Shown: positions 39,741 through 55,508 of the stretch, piece by piece
Layout: each line of letters begins with the position of its first letter
How positions within the stretch are numbered: the first letter of the stretch is position 1
DNA from: the human T2T-CHM13v2.0 reference genome, Homo sapiens
Reading direction: 5' to 3' (one strand)
Assembly (NCBI RefSeq): GCF_009914755.1
Contig: NC_060927.1
Length of the DNA stretch: 64,000 nt
Notes under the pieces: model-generated
What the model saw: the letters and a program-made list of their open reading frames with translations, nothing else
Database searches by the model: none
Told to the model about the DNA's origin: nothing
Translations under genes and position numbers: made by a program

Positions 39741-41229
39741 TTATCTTGGTAACAGAATTCATCAAAACCACCCCAAGTCAAGCAACATGCTAGTGACAGC
39801 CAAATATCACATTTGCATTACTCAATTTTTGGAGCTATGCCTCAGAAAACAATTCCTTGGAATAAAAGCTTAGGCTTATAGTTTGTGGCAGTGTTCAGTC
39901 CTGAGTAACCTAAGTATTGTAGCACTTTCTGACTCTAACCCCAATAAAGAAAATTTGGTTTCATCCATATTGCTAGGAGAAACAAAAAAACAGTAAAACT
40001 ATCTCTATGTAATAAAAGGTTATTTTGAGGATAAGACCTTTCCTGAGTATATGAGTAGATCATTTCTAACAAATAGCTGTGTTTATATAAAGTTTTGCTT
40101 ATTAATCCTTATATCAACAACCTATACCCTGTGAAGAATAAGTACAGAGACACACAGCATTGGTAAGTTTTGAGAGTTATATTTTGCTGCCTCTGGAATA
40201 TCACTGAGAAACTCTAGATACTATAATTTATTTATCTAAACAGATACAGGAACAATGTCTTTCCTTCCCTCCTGAAATTATATAGAATAAGAGGATAAAC
40301 TATGTAAGAACCTAAAAACAAAACTTTAAACATGAAATATGAACAAATAAAAATGACTGGCAACTTCACATTTTTGGAGATTCTGGCTCTAATTGGTGAC
40401 TCTTTTGATAGTGTATATTTCCAACCCATGAATCTTACTTCCTGAGGCACATTTTCAACCCTAATTCTGACTATAGGCCAGGTGTACTTCGGCACTAACA
40501 GGCTCTTTAATTCCTCCTGGCCCACTCAATTCTTGTTATTTCTTATTGAGTTCCTGTGGCTATTTGGATTTTGAATTCTGTTTGTCTTGTTGTTTCTCTT
40601 CTTGGCTTTGGTGATCAAACTACCACAGTGAAATTCTTGGCTCTTAAATACCTAGTGATATTGACTTGACTGATCATTAGGCTGTACCCTCTACTCAAGT
40701 AACTCTGGGGGAGAATTAATAAAACGTAAACCCTATTTTGCTTCCCAACTTGCCTTTTGGTTTCAGTGACCTGGATTATAACATAGCTAGAGTGAAGAGC
40801 ACTCAGTGCCAAGTTTGGCATTATTGCTTGAGCTCATACATTACCGAAATCACGTGGGTGTGGCTTGATACTATTGATCTTTTTGTGATTTTACTGTTCA
40901 CAATTACTAAAAATAGACTGAATTATTGTAACCACAAGTAGAAATAAAATTCTAGCAAAACACAAAAATATGAGCAATTTCTACTGATGGCATTCATAAA
41001 AATAACTATGAAATCATAATGTGCTTAAGTGAGAATCTATTTTTCTCTTAATTGAGCATAGTTCTGTTATTTCAAATATAGAACATTTTCTTCTATTTCA
41101 CTTTTAATAGAACACCTCGTATTTATAACTAAATCATCTTTAAATTTTACGTTTAAAGTCAAATATATTAGTTATGTTTTGAGTGTTCTTAAGAGTCCTT
41201 AAAAATAGTTTGTGAACACTTCTATTTCT

Positions 41230-42195
41230 GACTGTGCTGGAAATGTGGGAAAACTAGCATCTGACAAATAAGCCATTGGAACAAAATACAGAGATCATAA
41301 ATGAATCTGCACATATATGATCATGAACACCTGATTTATGTCAAAGGTGCCACTGCAATGTTTTGGGGAAATCATGTCTTCAAAAATAGTGCTGGATCAA
41401 TTGGATATCCATCTGGAAAATGTAAATCTTGACTCTTGCATCACAAAATATACAAAATCAATTGTAGTTGGATTGTAGACAAATTATAAAAGTTAAAAAA
41501 TAAAGCTTTTAGAAGACATCACAGTGGAGTATCTTAATGACCTTGGGGTAGGCAGAAATTACCTGAACATGACACAATTTATGTGAAAATATAGCACAAT
41601 TCCTGCAAATGAGAAAAAATGCTGGCGGGTGGGGGAGATTTTCCTTAGACAAAAGTTCTGAATTGATATTCACAAAAACCAGTATATAAATGTGCAAGTA
41701 GTTTGTGCTGAATGTTATTAATCATAAGGAAAATGAAAATAACTTCACTACCACGAGAATTGCTAAAAGGGAAAAAAAAGAGAAAAAAATCAGAAATTAC
41801 CAAGGATTGGAGGAATATACAGAGCAACATGAAATTTCATACACTGCATATAAGAAAGTGAATTCGTATAGTCTCTCTATTAAACTCTTTGCCAGTGTCT
41901 ATTAAACTAGAATATATACATAACTTGCTCCAGCAATTGGATTAATAGAATCAATGGACATACATACCATACTGATTTAAATGAAATTAATCAATGAGAA
42001 CCAGGACAGTGGTTATATTTTGAAAGTTAATGGCTAGACAGGATCATAAAGGAGGCTTCTGGAGTTCTGGTTCCAGTTATATCTCTATCCATTGTTGGCT
42101 ACAAAGATGGTTAGCTTTGGCAAATTCTTTATCCCCTTAAGATCAATGCATTTTACAGTATATATGCTATTCTTGAAATGCAACATTTAAAAAAA
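41230..42195 (+). mobile_element. Ancient L1 (L1ME-type) 3' fragment
   Basis: ctgatttatgtcaaaggtgccactgcaatg...gtgctggatcaattggatatccat...tcttaatgaccttggggtaggcaga...ggaggcttctggagttctgg. Confidence 0.65.
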
Positions 42196-42859
42196 TGTTG
42201 AGCAATTTAGTACATAGAAACCTATAGTTTAAATGCTAAATATTATCTTTATATGATTCTAAAAATTAACTAAGTTTCAAAAAACAATTCATAGATATTA
42301 CTAAAAGAACCTCTTTCCTGAGCTGGAAGCAGGGTAAGAATTATAGTAAATCATGTTTTGGTGGCCGTATACAGACAGACTCTTAAAGTGTAACTTTTAG
42401 CTCTTCCACTGCCTAGTTGGGTAACCTTCAGCAAGTTAATTGTCTGAGTGTTTAATGTATCATTAAATAGACGTATTACTTACTTTAAAGTGACTACATG
42501 ATGACCAAAATAGTTAATACATAGAAAGTACTTAAACAATTCCTCTCACAAAGTAAAAATTTAATACGTTAACTGTATTACTTTGATGATCATTATTTTG
42601 TTGTCACTTTAACACCACTATATTAGGTCTGTAAAGTAACAATGAAAATAATACTATTAATATGTGACGCAGTCTTAGATTAAGTCATTCATTGACCCTG
42701 TTCGTCAGTTTTGAAGCCTATAGAGTAGTAGTAACAGCAGTAGTAATAGTAATAATAATAATAATGACAACACCTACCCAGTGATCCACAACCTAGGGAG
42801 TTGGACTCGAAATTCTACACTGTTAGCCCCTCTGCTCTATGGCTTTACAAAAACACCTA

Positions 42860-43250
42860 TCAGTCAGGATGGGCTAGGGTGTGCTACAGTAACAAGCAAT
42901 CTCAATGTCTCAGTGGGATATAGTGTAAAGTTTTATGTCTCACTCATGCTATGTACAATGGGCAGAGCCTTTGTACAGAGGGCAGAACCTCTCAGGCACC
43001 TAGGCTGACAGAAGATCCACATCTTGTCATATGCTTCCATAATTATCAAGGCAAGGAGAAGAAAATGTGAGAAATTATGCCCCGGTCCTCAAAACTTTTG
43101 CATAAAAGTGTTCCAGGTTACCCCTGTTCTCACAATTTTGGCCAAAGCAAATCATAGGGATGCACTTAATCTCTTCAGATGGTAAGGAAATATAATCTTT
43201 CCAGGAGATAAGGAGCCATAATATTTGGTAAACAGCACTAAAAAGCTACC
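42860..43250. mobile_element. MaLR (MLT1J/K-like) LTR relic
   Basis: tcagtcaggatgggctagggtgtgctacagtaacaa...ctcacaattttggccaaagcaaatcatagg...atatttggtaaacagcacta. Confidence 0.65.
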
Positions 43251-43455
43251 ACAAATGCTAAGAATATTATTTTCCTCAAATGTGAAAATGAACATAATAG
43301 TTATAATTAAAATGCAAAGAGCTATGTAATTATAAGAGATATTATTTAACCTAAATTTATTTTTGTCTCTATTGAGCATACATGTGGGATTTCATTTTGG
43401 GACAAACATCAATTATATTAACACTTTTTTTATTACTCATCTCAGTGTTCGTTAA

Positions 43456-43747
43456 TTTTTTTTTTTTTGAGACTGGAATCTCACTCTGTCTCCCAGGCTG
43501 GAGTGCAGTGGCACAATCCCAGGGCTCACTGCAGCCTTCGCCTCCAAGCGATTCTTCTGCCTCAGCCTCCCAAGTAGCTGGGACTACAGGCGCCCGCCAC
43601 TACATCCTGATGATTTATGTATTTTTTAATAGAGACGGGGTTTCACCATGTTGGTCAGGCTGGTGTCAAACTCCTGCCCTCATGTGATCCACCCGCCTTG
43701 GCCTCTTAAAGAGCTGGGATTACAGGTGTGAGCCAATGCACCCAGCC
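43456..43747 (-). mobile_element. AluS
   Basis: T14 tail, gagactggaatctcactctg...agagacggggtttcaccatgttggtcaggctgg...gagccaatgcacccagcc. Degraded TSD agtgttcgttaatt / agtgttcattagtt. Confidence 0.92.
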
Positions 43748-45049
43748 AAGTGTTCATTAGTTCCAAGCTTTGTAACTTGAATAATTAATATTTACTTCAA
43801 ATGAAATTAATAACCCCCATTGTGAATTTTTTAATTGCATGATTGAATATTATAGATTAGATAGTTCTTATATTTTCTATTTTTACTTAAACTTGGAAAC
43901 TTTACCACCTAATAACTACACCTATAAACAGAATAAATGTGTCAAAACTTTATATAATTAAGACTGATTAAATAAGGTTTTTTCAGTATGTTTATGTTTA
44001 ATCATTAAATTATTTTTATTAAAAATGATTAAATTTTTCCAAAGTTCAATATCTAATTTGGAGTCACACATCACTGAAAAAGTGAATATAGGGAGTCAAA
44101 ATAGATAGTCTGTACACATGCCAATGGACATGTTACATGGAAGTCTTTTGATATGGTAAACTTATATAATAAAATAAAAGCAATGCACAAGACCAATATA
44201 ACACAAATAATTAGTTGTAGACAATAAGTGGGGAATATTAAAGATCCACTGGTAGTGTGCACTGTCTCCTCTGACCTGCAAGCAAGATCACAGATAGTGT
44301 GTATTTTTGTATCTACAGCTGGAATGATTGCAGATTAATAAAATTATGAAATCCCATGGTTACCAGAAAAAGGCATGCTTCTCTTGGATGCCTTGTTCAT
44401 CTTTGAGTGCCAGGGGCTCTGCACAAGGCAAAGAACACAAGTCCTCAATAGCAGTATTTTGTGATACTTAAGTATATTGAAAAGCTGAAAGGTATAGCTA
44501 TGCTTTAGCTCTTCCAATAAGAACCCAAGCAGTCTATTAGGACCAATATGTATGAAAAACAATAACATTTGGGACTTTAAGTTGGCAAAAGTTCACTTCA
44601 GTATTTAGTAATAAAAGGGTTTTTTTAACTGTGACAATTTAATAAGGCTGCATTACTAGAAGTATTAAAATAATTCTAAACACATTAGAATTATTATTAT
44701 CCCACCCAATAGGCAAAAAAATTTTAAATTTTATAACATCAAGTGTTAGCAAGGCTGTGGAGTAACAAGAACTCTGAAAACAATGCTGGTGGGAATTGTG
44801 CATATTTGCTCCTGTCTCCCACACTGGCCAGACCACTTCTGGGATGGTAAATTTAATTCCAAGTACCTTACAAGAGCGGTTTTCTTTTTATTTTCTTTAT
44901 TGTATTAAAGACTTGAAAATTCCTTTTCAAAATCAAAATTGATAAGGAGGCTTACTATGTAAAATGAATAAAAGCTCAGCCTGAAAATTGGAAAGGCTGG
45001 GTGGGTGGAGGTAGAACCCAAATCCTTCCTTTCTTCGATGAGGCTTTTG

Positions 45050-45300
45050 TGAAAACCACCAAACTAGAGAGTATCATCGGGCCTATGAAGAGGAAACCAT
45101 ATCAGTAAGAGATGGTTGAAAGAAATGAAGATATTCAACCTGAGAACTGAGAGATGAACTTGACGACTGATCTCAGATATTTATAGAAAGAGCTTTGGGC
45201 TGGGAGAGGACAATGTATTCTGTGCTGCTGCTGAGAACAAAACTAGAATAAAGGAAAGGAAGTTATGAGAAAGAAGGCATTTCCTCTGACTTGAGAAAAG
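45050..45300 (+). mobile_element. Possible CR1/L3 LINE relic
   Basis: gaaaccatatc...gatggttgaaagaaatgaagatattcaacctgaga...ctgatctcagatattta resembles the CR1 RT C-terminal region. Confidence 0.4.
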
Positions 45301-48300
45301 TAAGAAAATGATGAACACTCCACTTACATTGATTTGATCTTTATAAATTATATGAATGTATTAAACTATATGCACCCCCAAAAGATGTACATTGGTCATG
45401 TATCAATAGAAAAAAGAAAATTTTTCTAAAACATGAAAAAATAACTACCTAATGATGAACATAGCCAACTAATGCAACTATGAATAATTGACCCTACAGA
45501 TACAAAGCAAAAGCCAATACCAGCATCAACTATGCCTCAATCTACCTGATTGCCCTTTGTCAGCTTCATTTTTTCTTCTAAATGCAGTTTTTCTTAAATG
45601 CTGTTTCTCACTGGGCCTACTGCTCTTTCTATTCCATTAATCTTTCACTTCAGGTAAGCAAGAGGGACAATTCTGACAAGATAAGCAAGGGTCAAGTGAT
45701 ATGAAACTCTTATCCACTAATATTGGCAATCAATTGCAATTATTCTTAGGATTATTAGTCCCTCAAGCCTCTCTTCATTGATCAGCTCTCTATTCATTCG
45801 TCTCACACCTTCTAGCTCAAATTTGCTGTGGTATCATAATGTGTTTGAAAGAGTGCCTCATAAGCAATGAAAAAAACAGAGTATCTTTAAATATTAGTCA
45901 ACAGCTGGTTTAATTAAATATCTCTCCGCCCACACTGTACTACATTGATTACTTTTTAAAGAAATGGCTAAATGAAGACATTAATTATTTGTATGTGGTG
46001 CATATGCTTTCATGCACACTATTGTATTTTAATTTACTTTTTAACAAGTAAGCCAATATGATTTTAAAATTATTTCCCATTTGTCATGGATGCTAATAAA
46101 GAAAAGAAATCTACTAATTTTTGCCATATTAAATTTAACCTCTTTTTTTGTGCTTTCTAGTTACATAGTTCTTGAGGAAATCAAACTAGAAAAAATGGAT
46201 TTAACCTTTCTGCTTTTTAGTCCGCATAAATAGACACTTAGTGTGGGAGATAAGTGAAATACTCACTTTTGGCTGCCTTAACAGTTTGGAAATAGAATAT
46301 GTACACATTTTTCTCTTGATTATTTGTCTTTTATTAATCATTCTATGTAAAACTCAAATACAATAAGGCAAACTGATTACTCTGCAAAATAATTGTCATC
46401 TGAAGCATTAGATAATTCAATTATATTCTGCTTCTTTTGGGTGGGTATATTATGATTAGTTTTTTGGCAATTCTATAAACCACATAGAGTATGTATGGTA
46501 ATTCTGTATTAGCCTGCTTATTTACTCATTATGATACCAATACCATGTGCCATAAAGGATTGCTTATGCATATATAAGCACATGGAGACATTAAGCTTTC
46601 TAGGTGAAAAATCCTTTTGAGTTAATTTGTTATGGATTTTGAAATTTCTTAAAAATTTAAACTGTGTGTATATGTGTGTGTTTTGTACTTATGGACAGTT
46701 GTGCAAATTGCTCATTAATGATATTAACAAGAAAATTACATATAAAACTAGATATTAATGAATATACTTTATATATTTTTCAACGTAAGGCTGAAAAACA
46801 TGCTTCTAAAAATGAAAGTTATACTGCTGCTTTTCAGATGGATTATGGATTGTCTGGAGATCATATTCTTATTGTAATATTTAAATAAATTCTGATCTAA
46901 TTTAAAGGGAGTGGGACAGCTACAGGGGGAGGAGCAGCTACATTCAGTGTTTGCGAAGTTCCACTCTGTTTCTGTGATTCTGTCATGAGGGACACCAGAT
47001 CTAGAAAGCTCTTTTCTTCCTCAACACAATCTTTTTATGCTGTGCTTCCTTCACTTTCAAAGAACTTGTACTTGCCATCTCTACAGTTCTCTTAAATGGA
47101 AGGAAATATTTATAAACATTGAGTTATCCTGGTTCGTGAACACCACCACCACATCCTCACCACTGGATAGAAAACAGAGTAACTTCTCTGTTATCCCTGA
47201 ACAAAAGCTTAGCTCTTGTACTTCCAGAATCAAAGACAGTTCATCTCACCACATTTAATTCTGTGACCCTAATTTAATATTATTTTACCTGGGTACTGCT
47301 GATGCTGAATTTGATCGAAGGACTACAATCAGAAATGCATTTCCTTGCACTGACCTATTGTTATTTCCTCTAAAATATATTTAGAAGTGCAGTAATCATT
47401 TAGATAATGGAAAGAAAATGGGATTGAATGTCAGAAAACATCCTCTGTCTCTGTTGCTTACTGTCTGTATGACTTCAAACACTTTACTTAAATCTCCTGT
47501 GTCATTGTTAAAATGCAAGTGATAGTAGTCCACCTGAGAGGATGGCATGGGAAATATTCAAATCAATGAGTGTGAAAAAGTGTTTCGTAAATATACCAGA
47601 ACTATGTCTGTTCTTATAAGTACGACAAAAGTAGTTGTTCGCTTTGAAATCAGTTACTGAATAAATAATATTGATTGGATAAACATACAGTCTTTGCAAG
47701 TGTACCATACACTTTATAAGTGTATCATAGACCTAGAAATCTTAGAAAATAATATATATCTAGGTTTTTCCCCTGAAAATAAACCAAAAAATTTTCAGGT
47801 ATTTCAAAAATAGATTTGTATAGATGTTTTAAAATCTTTTATTCTTTTACTATTATCTCTTTGTGTATAAAAGTCTTATAATTACTTCTTTTTAAACCTA
47901 AATTTAGCATATTTCTTTTCATTCCTTTAACTCAATTGAATAATAAATTGTTTTTTAAAAAGCTCTTTAAACGAATATTCTCTAATGACTTACCCAAGAA
48001 AATACCTGTTGTTTTTTTTTTTCAGAAGTCTGAACCACTATTTTGTTCTTTAGTGAACCACGTAACTAACCACACAGCTTTAAAAATGTTGCTGTATCAG
48101 TCAACCATAGGTCATTCACTTCATTCATTCTTCCATTCATGGGAGTGCTGCTGGAATGTATATGGATGATGGTAATGGGTTTTCCATGAAAACTGTGGTA
48201 GATTCCATGGTCACTTATTCAAGGAATTTATCCCCTTTAATTTTATAAAGAACTTATGGGCTTACCTTAGCCTATATTGCGGAAACCAAACATCACTAAT

Positions 48301-48844
48301 GAGCTTAGTAAACAACTCTGGGTTTTCTTACTCATGAGAATTTAAGTGATTCACCTGTGCTTCCTTTTAGAAAACATGAAATTGAAATCTTTGCTTTATT
48401 TCAAAGTGGGTGGTCTGAGGTACTAAATTGCATTGCTAATGCGGAAGTACCTGAGCCTAGAAAAATAAAGAGGAAGAATGAATGTTCACATGCTACTCTT
48501 ACAGTCTGATGGCATTACATTGACCTGTCTCCCTCACGGTGGCCATGCTTCCGTGGTCCATCTTTGCCACGATAGCATTTTAACTGTGCAGTGTAATTCA
48601 CCTGGGATTGTTCTTATCCTATGTGAATGCTTTATTAATTAGCTTCATTCTTTCTCATATTCTCAATATTAACAATAAAATTACCTAGATATTTTTATTT
48701 TTTGACAAAAATATCACTTTCAATAATTCAGTTTTTAAAAGTTATATCATTCACAATAGACTAGAACAACAATTGTTTTCTTTTTGGGTCACCCAGGACT
48801 TGCCTCTAGATCTGTGATAAGACTAGTCTCTGTGAAGGTACCAA

Positions 48845-49110
48845 ACCCAAAGTCCTGAACTGGAATTCAGGAGACTTGAATTTGGGTCTTGCTCTTTCAC
48901 TAACTTGGTGGAAGATGTAATCCTGTGCTTCAGTTTTATCAGATGTATCACCCAGGGCAAGTCACTTGACTTCCTTTATGCCTCAATTTCCTCATCTGTA
49001 AAAGGAGATAATAGAAATGATTACCTCTTAGCATTGTTGTAAGGCATCAATGAGATTATGATGATAAAGGACTTAGAACTGTACTGGGCTCATACGAAGA
49101 ACCTGTGTGT
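48845..49110 (+). mobile_element. MIR SINE
   Basis: gggcaagtcacttgacttcctttatgcctcaatttcctcatctgtaaaaggagataata is the MIR core. Confidence 0.75.
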
Positions 49111-49199
49111 TATCTACAATAATACTAATCTTCCTTGTCATAGCTCCTGTGCTTTTCACTTCACAAGGCTATACTGAGAATCAAATGACATAATAAGTA

Positions 49200-49415
49200 T
49201 TGTTTCAGTTTTTATTGCTGCATAGCAAACTTATCAACTTAAAACAACATCCATTTACTGTCTTACAGTTGCTATATGTCAAAAGTCCAGGGATGGCTTA
49301 GTTGGATCCTCCGATCAGGAATTCAAAAGGCTGACATCAAAATATCAGCTGAGTTGTGTTCCTTTCTCCTGCTCAGGGTCTTCTTTCAAGCTCATAGGGC
49401 TGTTGGAAACTCACA
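49200..49415. mobile_element. MaLR (MLT1) LTR fragment
   Basis: tttattgctgcatagcaaac...cttaaaacaacatccatttactgtcttacagtt...ggcttagttggatcctc...ttcaagctcatagggctgttgg. Confidence 0.65.
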
Positions 49416-49703
49416 CGGATGTCATTTGATCAGCACTCAGGAGGACCTCATATATTGTAAAACGCTCGATAATATATAACTAAATAATGATGCAGGGAAA
49501 GATTGAAAACAATTACATCTTTCATTAAAATAGAATTTAACCCAGAAATTCACACAAGAAACTACCAGTACTTTGTTAATAGGAGTGCCTTCAGGGCAGG
49601 GCTGAATTCCATATCGACACAGAGATTAGTAAAACTTTTATACATGGAAATAAGTAATATTATATAAAATAAGGAATATAGATTTCAGATTATATTTAGT
49701 GGG

Positions 49704-50004
49704 TTTTTTGTTTTTGTTTTTGAAACAGGGTCTCACTCTGTTGCCCAGGCTGGAGTGCATGGTGCAATCATGGCTCACTGAAGCCTCAACTTCCTGGGCT
49801 CAAGTGATTCTTCCACCTCAGTCTCTGGAGTAACTGGGACTACAGACATGTGCCAGTATGCCCAGCTAATTTTTTTTGAATTTTAATAGAGATGAGTTCT
49901 CGTTTTGTTGCCCAGACTCATCCTGAACTTCTGAGCTCGGGCAATTCTTTTGCTTCGTCCTTCCAAAGTGCTGGGATTACAGGCATGAGCCACCATGCCC
50001 GGCT
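49704..50004 (-). mobile_element. AluJ
   Basis: gaaacagggtctcactctgttgcccaggctggagtgc...tcatggctcactgaagcctcaacttcctgggctcaagtg...caccatgcccggct. Confidence 0.9.
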
Positions 50005-50014
50005 TGTATCTGTA

Positions 50015-50215
50015 TTAAAACTTGACTCTGCCACTCTTGGCAATATGATCTTGGATGAATTACTTTTTCTTCCTGGGACTTGATTTCTGACTCTTTAATC
50101 AGAGTAACACTGTCTACTTCAGGAGATGTACTGAGGATTAAGTGAAATATCCTATGCCAAGCTCTTAGAACAATATTGGGTACATAGTGAACACTTAGTA
50201 AGTGATGACTATTGT
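50015..50215 (+). mobile_element. MIR SINE relic
   Basis: ctctgccact...tgaggattaagtgaaata...gctcttagaacaatattgggtacatagtgaacacttagtaa. Confidence 0.6.
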
Positions 50216-50380
50216 TGCTATTGCTACGATTATTTATTTTAATAATCTTAACATGTAGCTTCATGTCTGGAACATTATGTGCTCAGAAAATATTACTTTC
50301 ACCCTTCTTCAGTATCTGTTTAGTTGAACTGGATCTGTAGAGGAGAATATTTTGGATATTATCAATCTGAACTAGGCTAA

Positions 50381-50836
<456 letters not shown>

Positions 50837-53800
50837 TGATGCCCAGTGATATGCAGGCCAGATTCTTCAGTTGATGAAGTTACTTCCTTTTGACATTCAT
50901 ATTAGCTGTTCATGCTTTTTTCAATACCTGGAGCCAGGAAACACAGAAATGCTGAATTTATCATAAATACTGACCCACTAAACAAATTCTTTAATAAGGA
51001 AATCATCTGTAGGAATTTAAGCATCACTTTATATTACCTAGGCAGATACATGTGTCAAGAATTTGCTAGAGAGTTTGAAGATTTTTTTTTCTGCTTGTAT
51101 GACCCTTAACTCTCTATTTCTTTAGTATTTTGTTATTCATTGGCAAAACCAACTGAAGACTGATCAAGATAGAGAGGACTATTGAATTTAAATGAGAAAA
51201 TTCAACCGCTTCTTAGAAGTCCTTGTAAAACTGTTGGATGTAGCAAAAATCTAAATCATATGACTAATGTAAAACTTGAGAGTTCTCTTGAATTTGCATG
51301 AATCTTGGTACCTTCTTTTTCTTGCTCTAAATCCCTTACCCTCATGTAGCCTCCCAGGACAGAAAGCATATCACTTGTAGTAGCAGCCATTTTTATAATT
51401 TAATGATTGGTATTCTTAAAAGTATTAAATGCTCCCTTATAAAGAAACTTTTAGGGAGGCCATTTGTGAAGCAGTAATGCAATTTTCTGCTAGAGTAACC
51501 AATTACGGCGTGTAAAACTTTATTAAACATTAGTTCAAATTAATCAGATATTCTAGTCAATTGACAGTGCTTTATAGAAATCATATTCTCTTTCAAAAAT
51601 TTAAAGGCATAGTTTTAAATATTAAACACAATAATCACAGTTTCAAATACAATTATCATTAACTTCAGAATGAATATGGAATTGTGATCCTGACTTGTTA
51701 GTGCAGACTTGTGCATTTGTTAATTGCCTGTACAATAGTTTCTTTTTATTCTTTTTCTTTTTAAGTTGGGAGGTTGACAGTGCCAACATCTTTAAAACGT
51801 TTATGACTCAACTGAAAGGAAAGCTCCCAGGAAAAATCTAGTACATATCAATCACTGCTACATTGAATTGTTATCTAGGCTTTCTACAGTGCTTTTTAAG
51901 ATTGAATTTGACTAGATAAGTGTACCATCATGAAACTATAATGGCTTAAAACCATGTTTTTGCAAGACTGCAGAATAAGTATATAATTCACAAAAGGTTA
52001 AAAAAATTTCCAAATTCCCCTGGCAAATTGTTTTAAATTGTTCATTAATTATTTAATACAATTCCATTTTAAATTAATTTGCTGCTTTGCTACTAAAAGC
52101 GAATACTTTTTTATGTTCCATTTTTATTTGAGTACTGAGCGAATATTTTAAATATGTATATATAATATACAATTATATTATAGGTATATATAACATACAT
52201 TTTTATATCATTAACATTCTCATTCCCCAGAATTAACATGGATGAAGAAATGCCTTAAAGTCTAATTCGCATGTTTGATGAATTTTAAATATTTATATAC
52301 TTTCACTACACTCCTGCTCTCTTTTCGTCAATCTTATGTAATCTAACACAAATGCTTCATAAATAATACAAGGTATAGGGCAACATCTGTGTCAAAAAAA
52401 AAAAAAAAAGAAAAGAAAAAGGGGAAGGAATCTGTTACCAGTGATACTTGTTCTGCTTTTCACAGGAGTGAGCATATGAGAATTTAAAAAGCTGGCACCT
52501 AAATTCGTTATCCCTCTTAAACAAGTTAGTCAGGATCAAATATCCTATAATATTTGAACAGAAAAGCTTGTTCAAGGTATTATGTTTTCTTCTCAGGAAA
52601 ACATAAGTTATGAGGAATAACTTATGAGTTATGCTCTTTTACAACAAAGACTTAGAAAAAGAAACAAATAACCAAAGATGTTTGTCTCCCAAATCTAAAA
52701 TATGTCCAGTTAATGCATCTCCATAGGTGACATTCAGAACTGCATAAGCTTTGGCTTTGGCTCTGCTCACAATTGCTCATGGCAGTTCTTTTAAGTACGG
52801 ATCACATGCTTTTTGAAAACTAGTATGTATATCACTGTAGAAGGCACTTATAAGAGATACAATTATGAATAAGACATAGGAATGTTGATAGAGTAGAAAG
52901 GGCAGAAGTATGAATCCAAGTTCTATCATTTACCATCTGAGTAACTTATTTGGGGAAGTTAACATTAAAATATCCATAAAATGGGCATAATATAATTCCT
53001 ACAGAGTTTTTGACCAGACTGAAAATGCAACATATCTATACAATGCTTTGCTAAATGTCTAAAACCTAAGAAGACCTCACAACATATTAGTTAGCCACCT
53101 CTCTCTCTCTTTCTCCCTTCTGGGTAATAGCTAGGAGATGACCATGTCCATTGGTAAAAGGGGAAACTCCCATTTTATAGGGGGGTTTGATGAATGCACC
53201 TGTCTATGAGTAGCTTATAATTCTCATCAGTGACAGATTTGAAACAGCATCCAAAGAGTCAAAAGAATCCTGTCCCTTTTTCAGATACATATTTCCATCT
53301 AAGTCAAATATGCTTCTTTCTCCTGTCATTCTTCAAGAGAAAACATTAAAACTGTAGCAAGAAGCTACTGACTCCGATGGGAGCAAACATAATTTCTTTA
53401 ATGCCAGTTTTTATTGACTTAAGAATGAACAAAGAACTATGTGGGTCATCTGGACACCTAGGTTCAAGTTCCTAATATTTGCAGATGACTATTGTTCTCA
53501 TGTACAAGCAGCTCTACATTCTTTGCTCAAACATCCCCTTTCCGGTCAGAGAAAATGGGGAGACTGTATCAAAATTATGTGTGCAGATGCCCTCCTCCAT
53601 TTGGGACTTCCGTTCCAGTTTTCATTTCACTTACAAAATTGTCACCTAACCATCAAATTCATCTACCTGTAAAATAAACTCCATCCCCAGTAATATCTTT
53701 AAATAACAGAATAGAGATTACAAATCTTGGCATCTGACCATCTAGCTAACCACCAGCTTGAGAAATCATAGATGAGAACTTAGCTATAAAGGAGAAGAAA

Positions 53801-54539
53801 GTAAAACTTGACACAGGAGAATGACAAAAAGAAATAAAAGAGCACAGCTAGCTGTCAAGTTCTTCAAGCGCCCTTAAGAGTTTACTGTATTTGATATAGA
53901 ATAATTCACAAGATTACAACTGAATATAATTTTGTTGGATATCAATTTCTACGCTGAGCTTGGAGTGTTTGCATCTTAACTTGATAATTTATTCATTCAC
54001 TCATCTAATAAATATTTATTGAGCATTTTCTATGTGTCAGGTACTGTTCTAGGTATGTTTTTCTTAGAGATAAGAGAATATGGCTAGCAGAGGAAAGAAT
54101 TGGAAGTCAACTGACTTTAGATAAATACAAAAGCAAACTCCCAGTGCTGACCTTGTGTCTGTTCAGTTTTGTAAAGGAAAGAGTGAGGTTAGTTAAAGCC
54201 ATAAAGTTACTCCTTCTCTACTTGTGCTTTCCCCAAAGAAATTAAAGGTGACATCAAGAAGTTTGTCAAACTGCATTTCCATATGATTTAATGTTTTATT
54301 TGTTGTTTCTATCTTAGAATGTTCTTTGAAGGTATGAAAAGAAGGTGTGTTATGTGCACCCCTTATTAATGGTGATATTGACTATTCTGGTCCACACCAA
54401 TGATACATATTTTTCAATTGGACCCTGAAGTCAATAAAATAACCCCTCAGCTACAAGTCTACTGCTATAGTGGATGCAAAGGCACTAGGAGACTCTTCAG
54501 AAATTCCTGTCCATTTCATTTTAATTCCCTAAGCATGTC

Positions 54540-54551
54540 TGAGAGAGCGCT

Positions 54552-54582
<31 letters not shown>

Positions 54583-54586
54583 CGAG
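54540..54586. repeat. (GA)n microsatellite
   Basis: Directly visible interrupted GA run. Confidence 0.85.
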
Positions 54587-55139
54587 CTTCAGGCAAATGT
54601 TTCCTCTGTCCATTGATAACGTTGGAAGTATAGTACATGAGGCAGAAGATGCTACTGGTACTTGTGGGCAGAACTTACTCAAGTTTTATGGGTCTACCTA
54701 TTTTAAAAAATAATCTCTAAGGTATTTTTATTATCACTTTCTGTGCCTTTACTTCAATTTGTCTGAATTATTATTATAAAGCAATTTCATTACACAGGGA
54801 AGGGAATGTAGGGTTGAAAGAAAATATGTGTAGGGGATTTGAGATATGTACAATTCTGATACCATAATGTGTTTCAGTTGTGTATCAGAATGTAAACTGC
54901 AGTATGAAATCAGACAGGAAGTGAAAAAAAGATAACCCCTAATTAAGAAAGGTGTTTACTCAAATAAATTAAATTATCCTTCCTATCCTATCCTTTATTC
55001 CAGCCTCTTTAATTCTATCACTTTCTGATATAATATGTCAAGAACAAAGAATTCATAAAAATAATAATATGAAAATAATTATACTTCATTTCCAGAATTT
55101 TTAGAATGGCTCCAAGTTAATGTTGTGGTATGAATTTAA

Positions 55140-55508
<369 letters not shown>

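Noticed and set aside
52393-52420. Poly-A run as a tail-only retroinsertion (likewise 60307-60331)
   Set aside because: No convincing TSD or attached element body.
52602-52626. 10-bp inverted repeat cataagttat-gagga-ataacttatg
   Set aside because: Real but short and AT-rich, with no context suggesting function.
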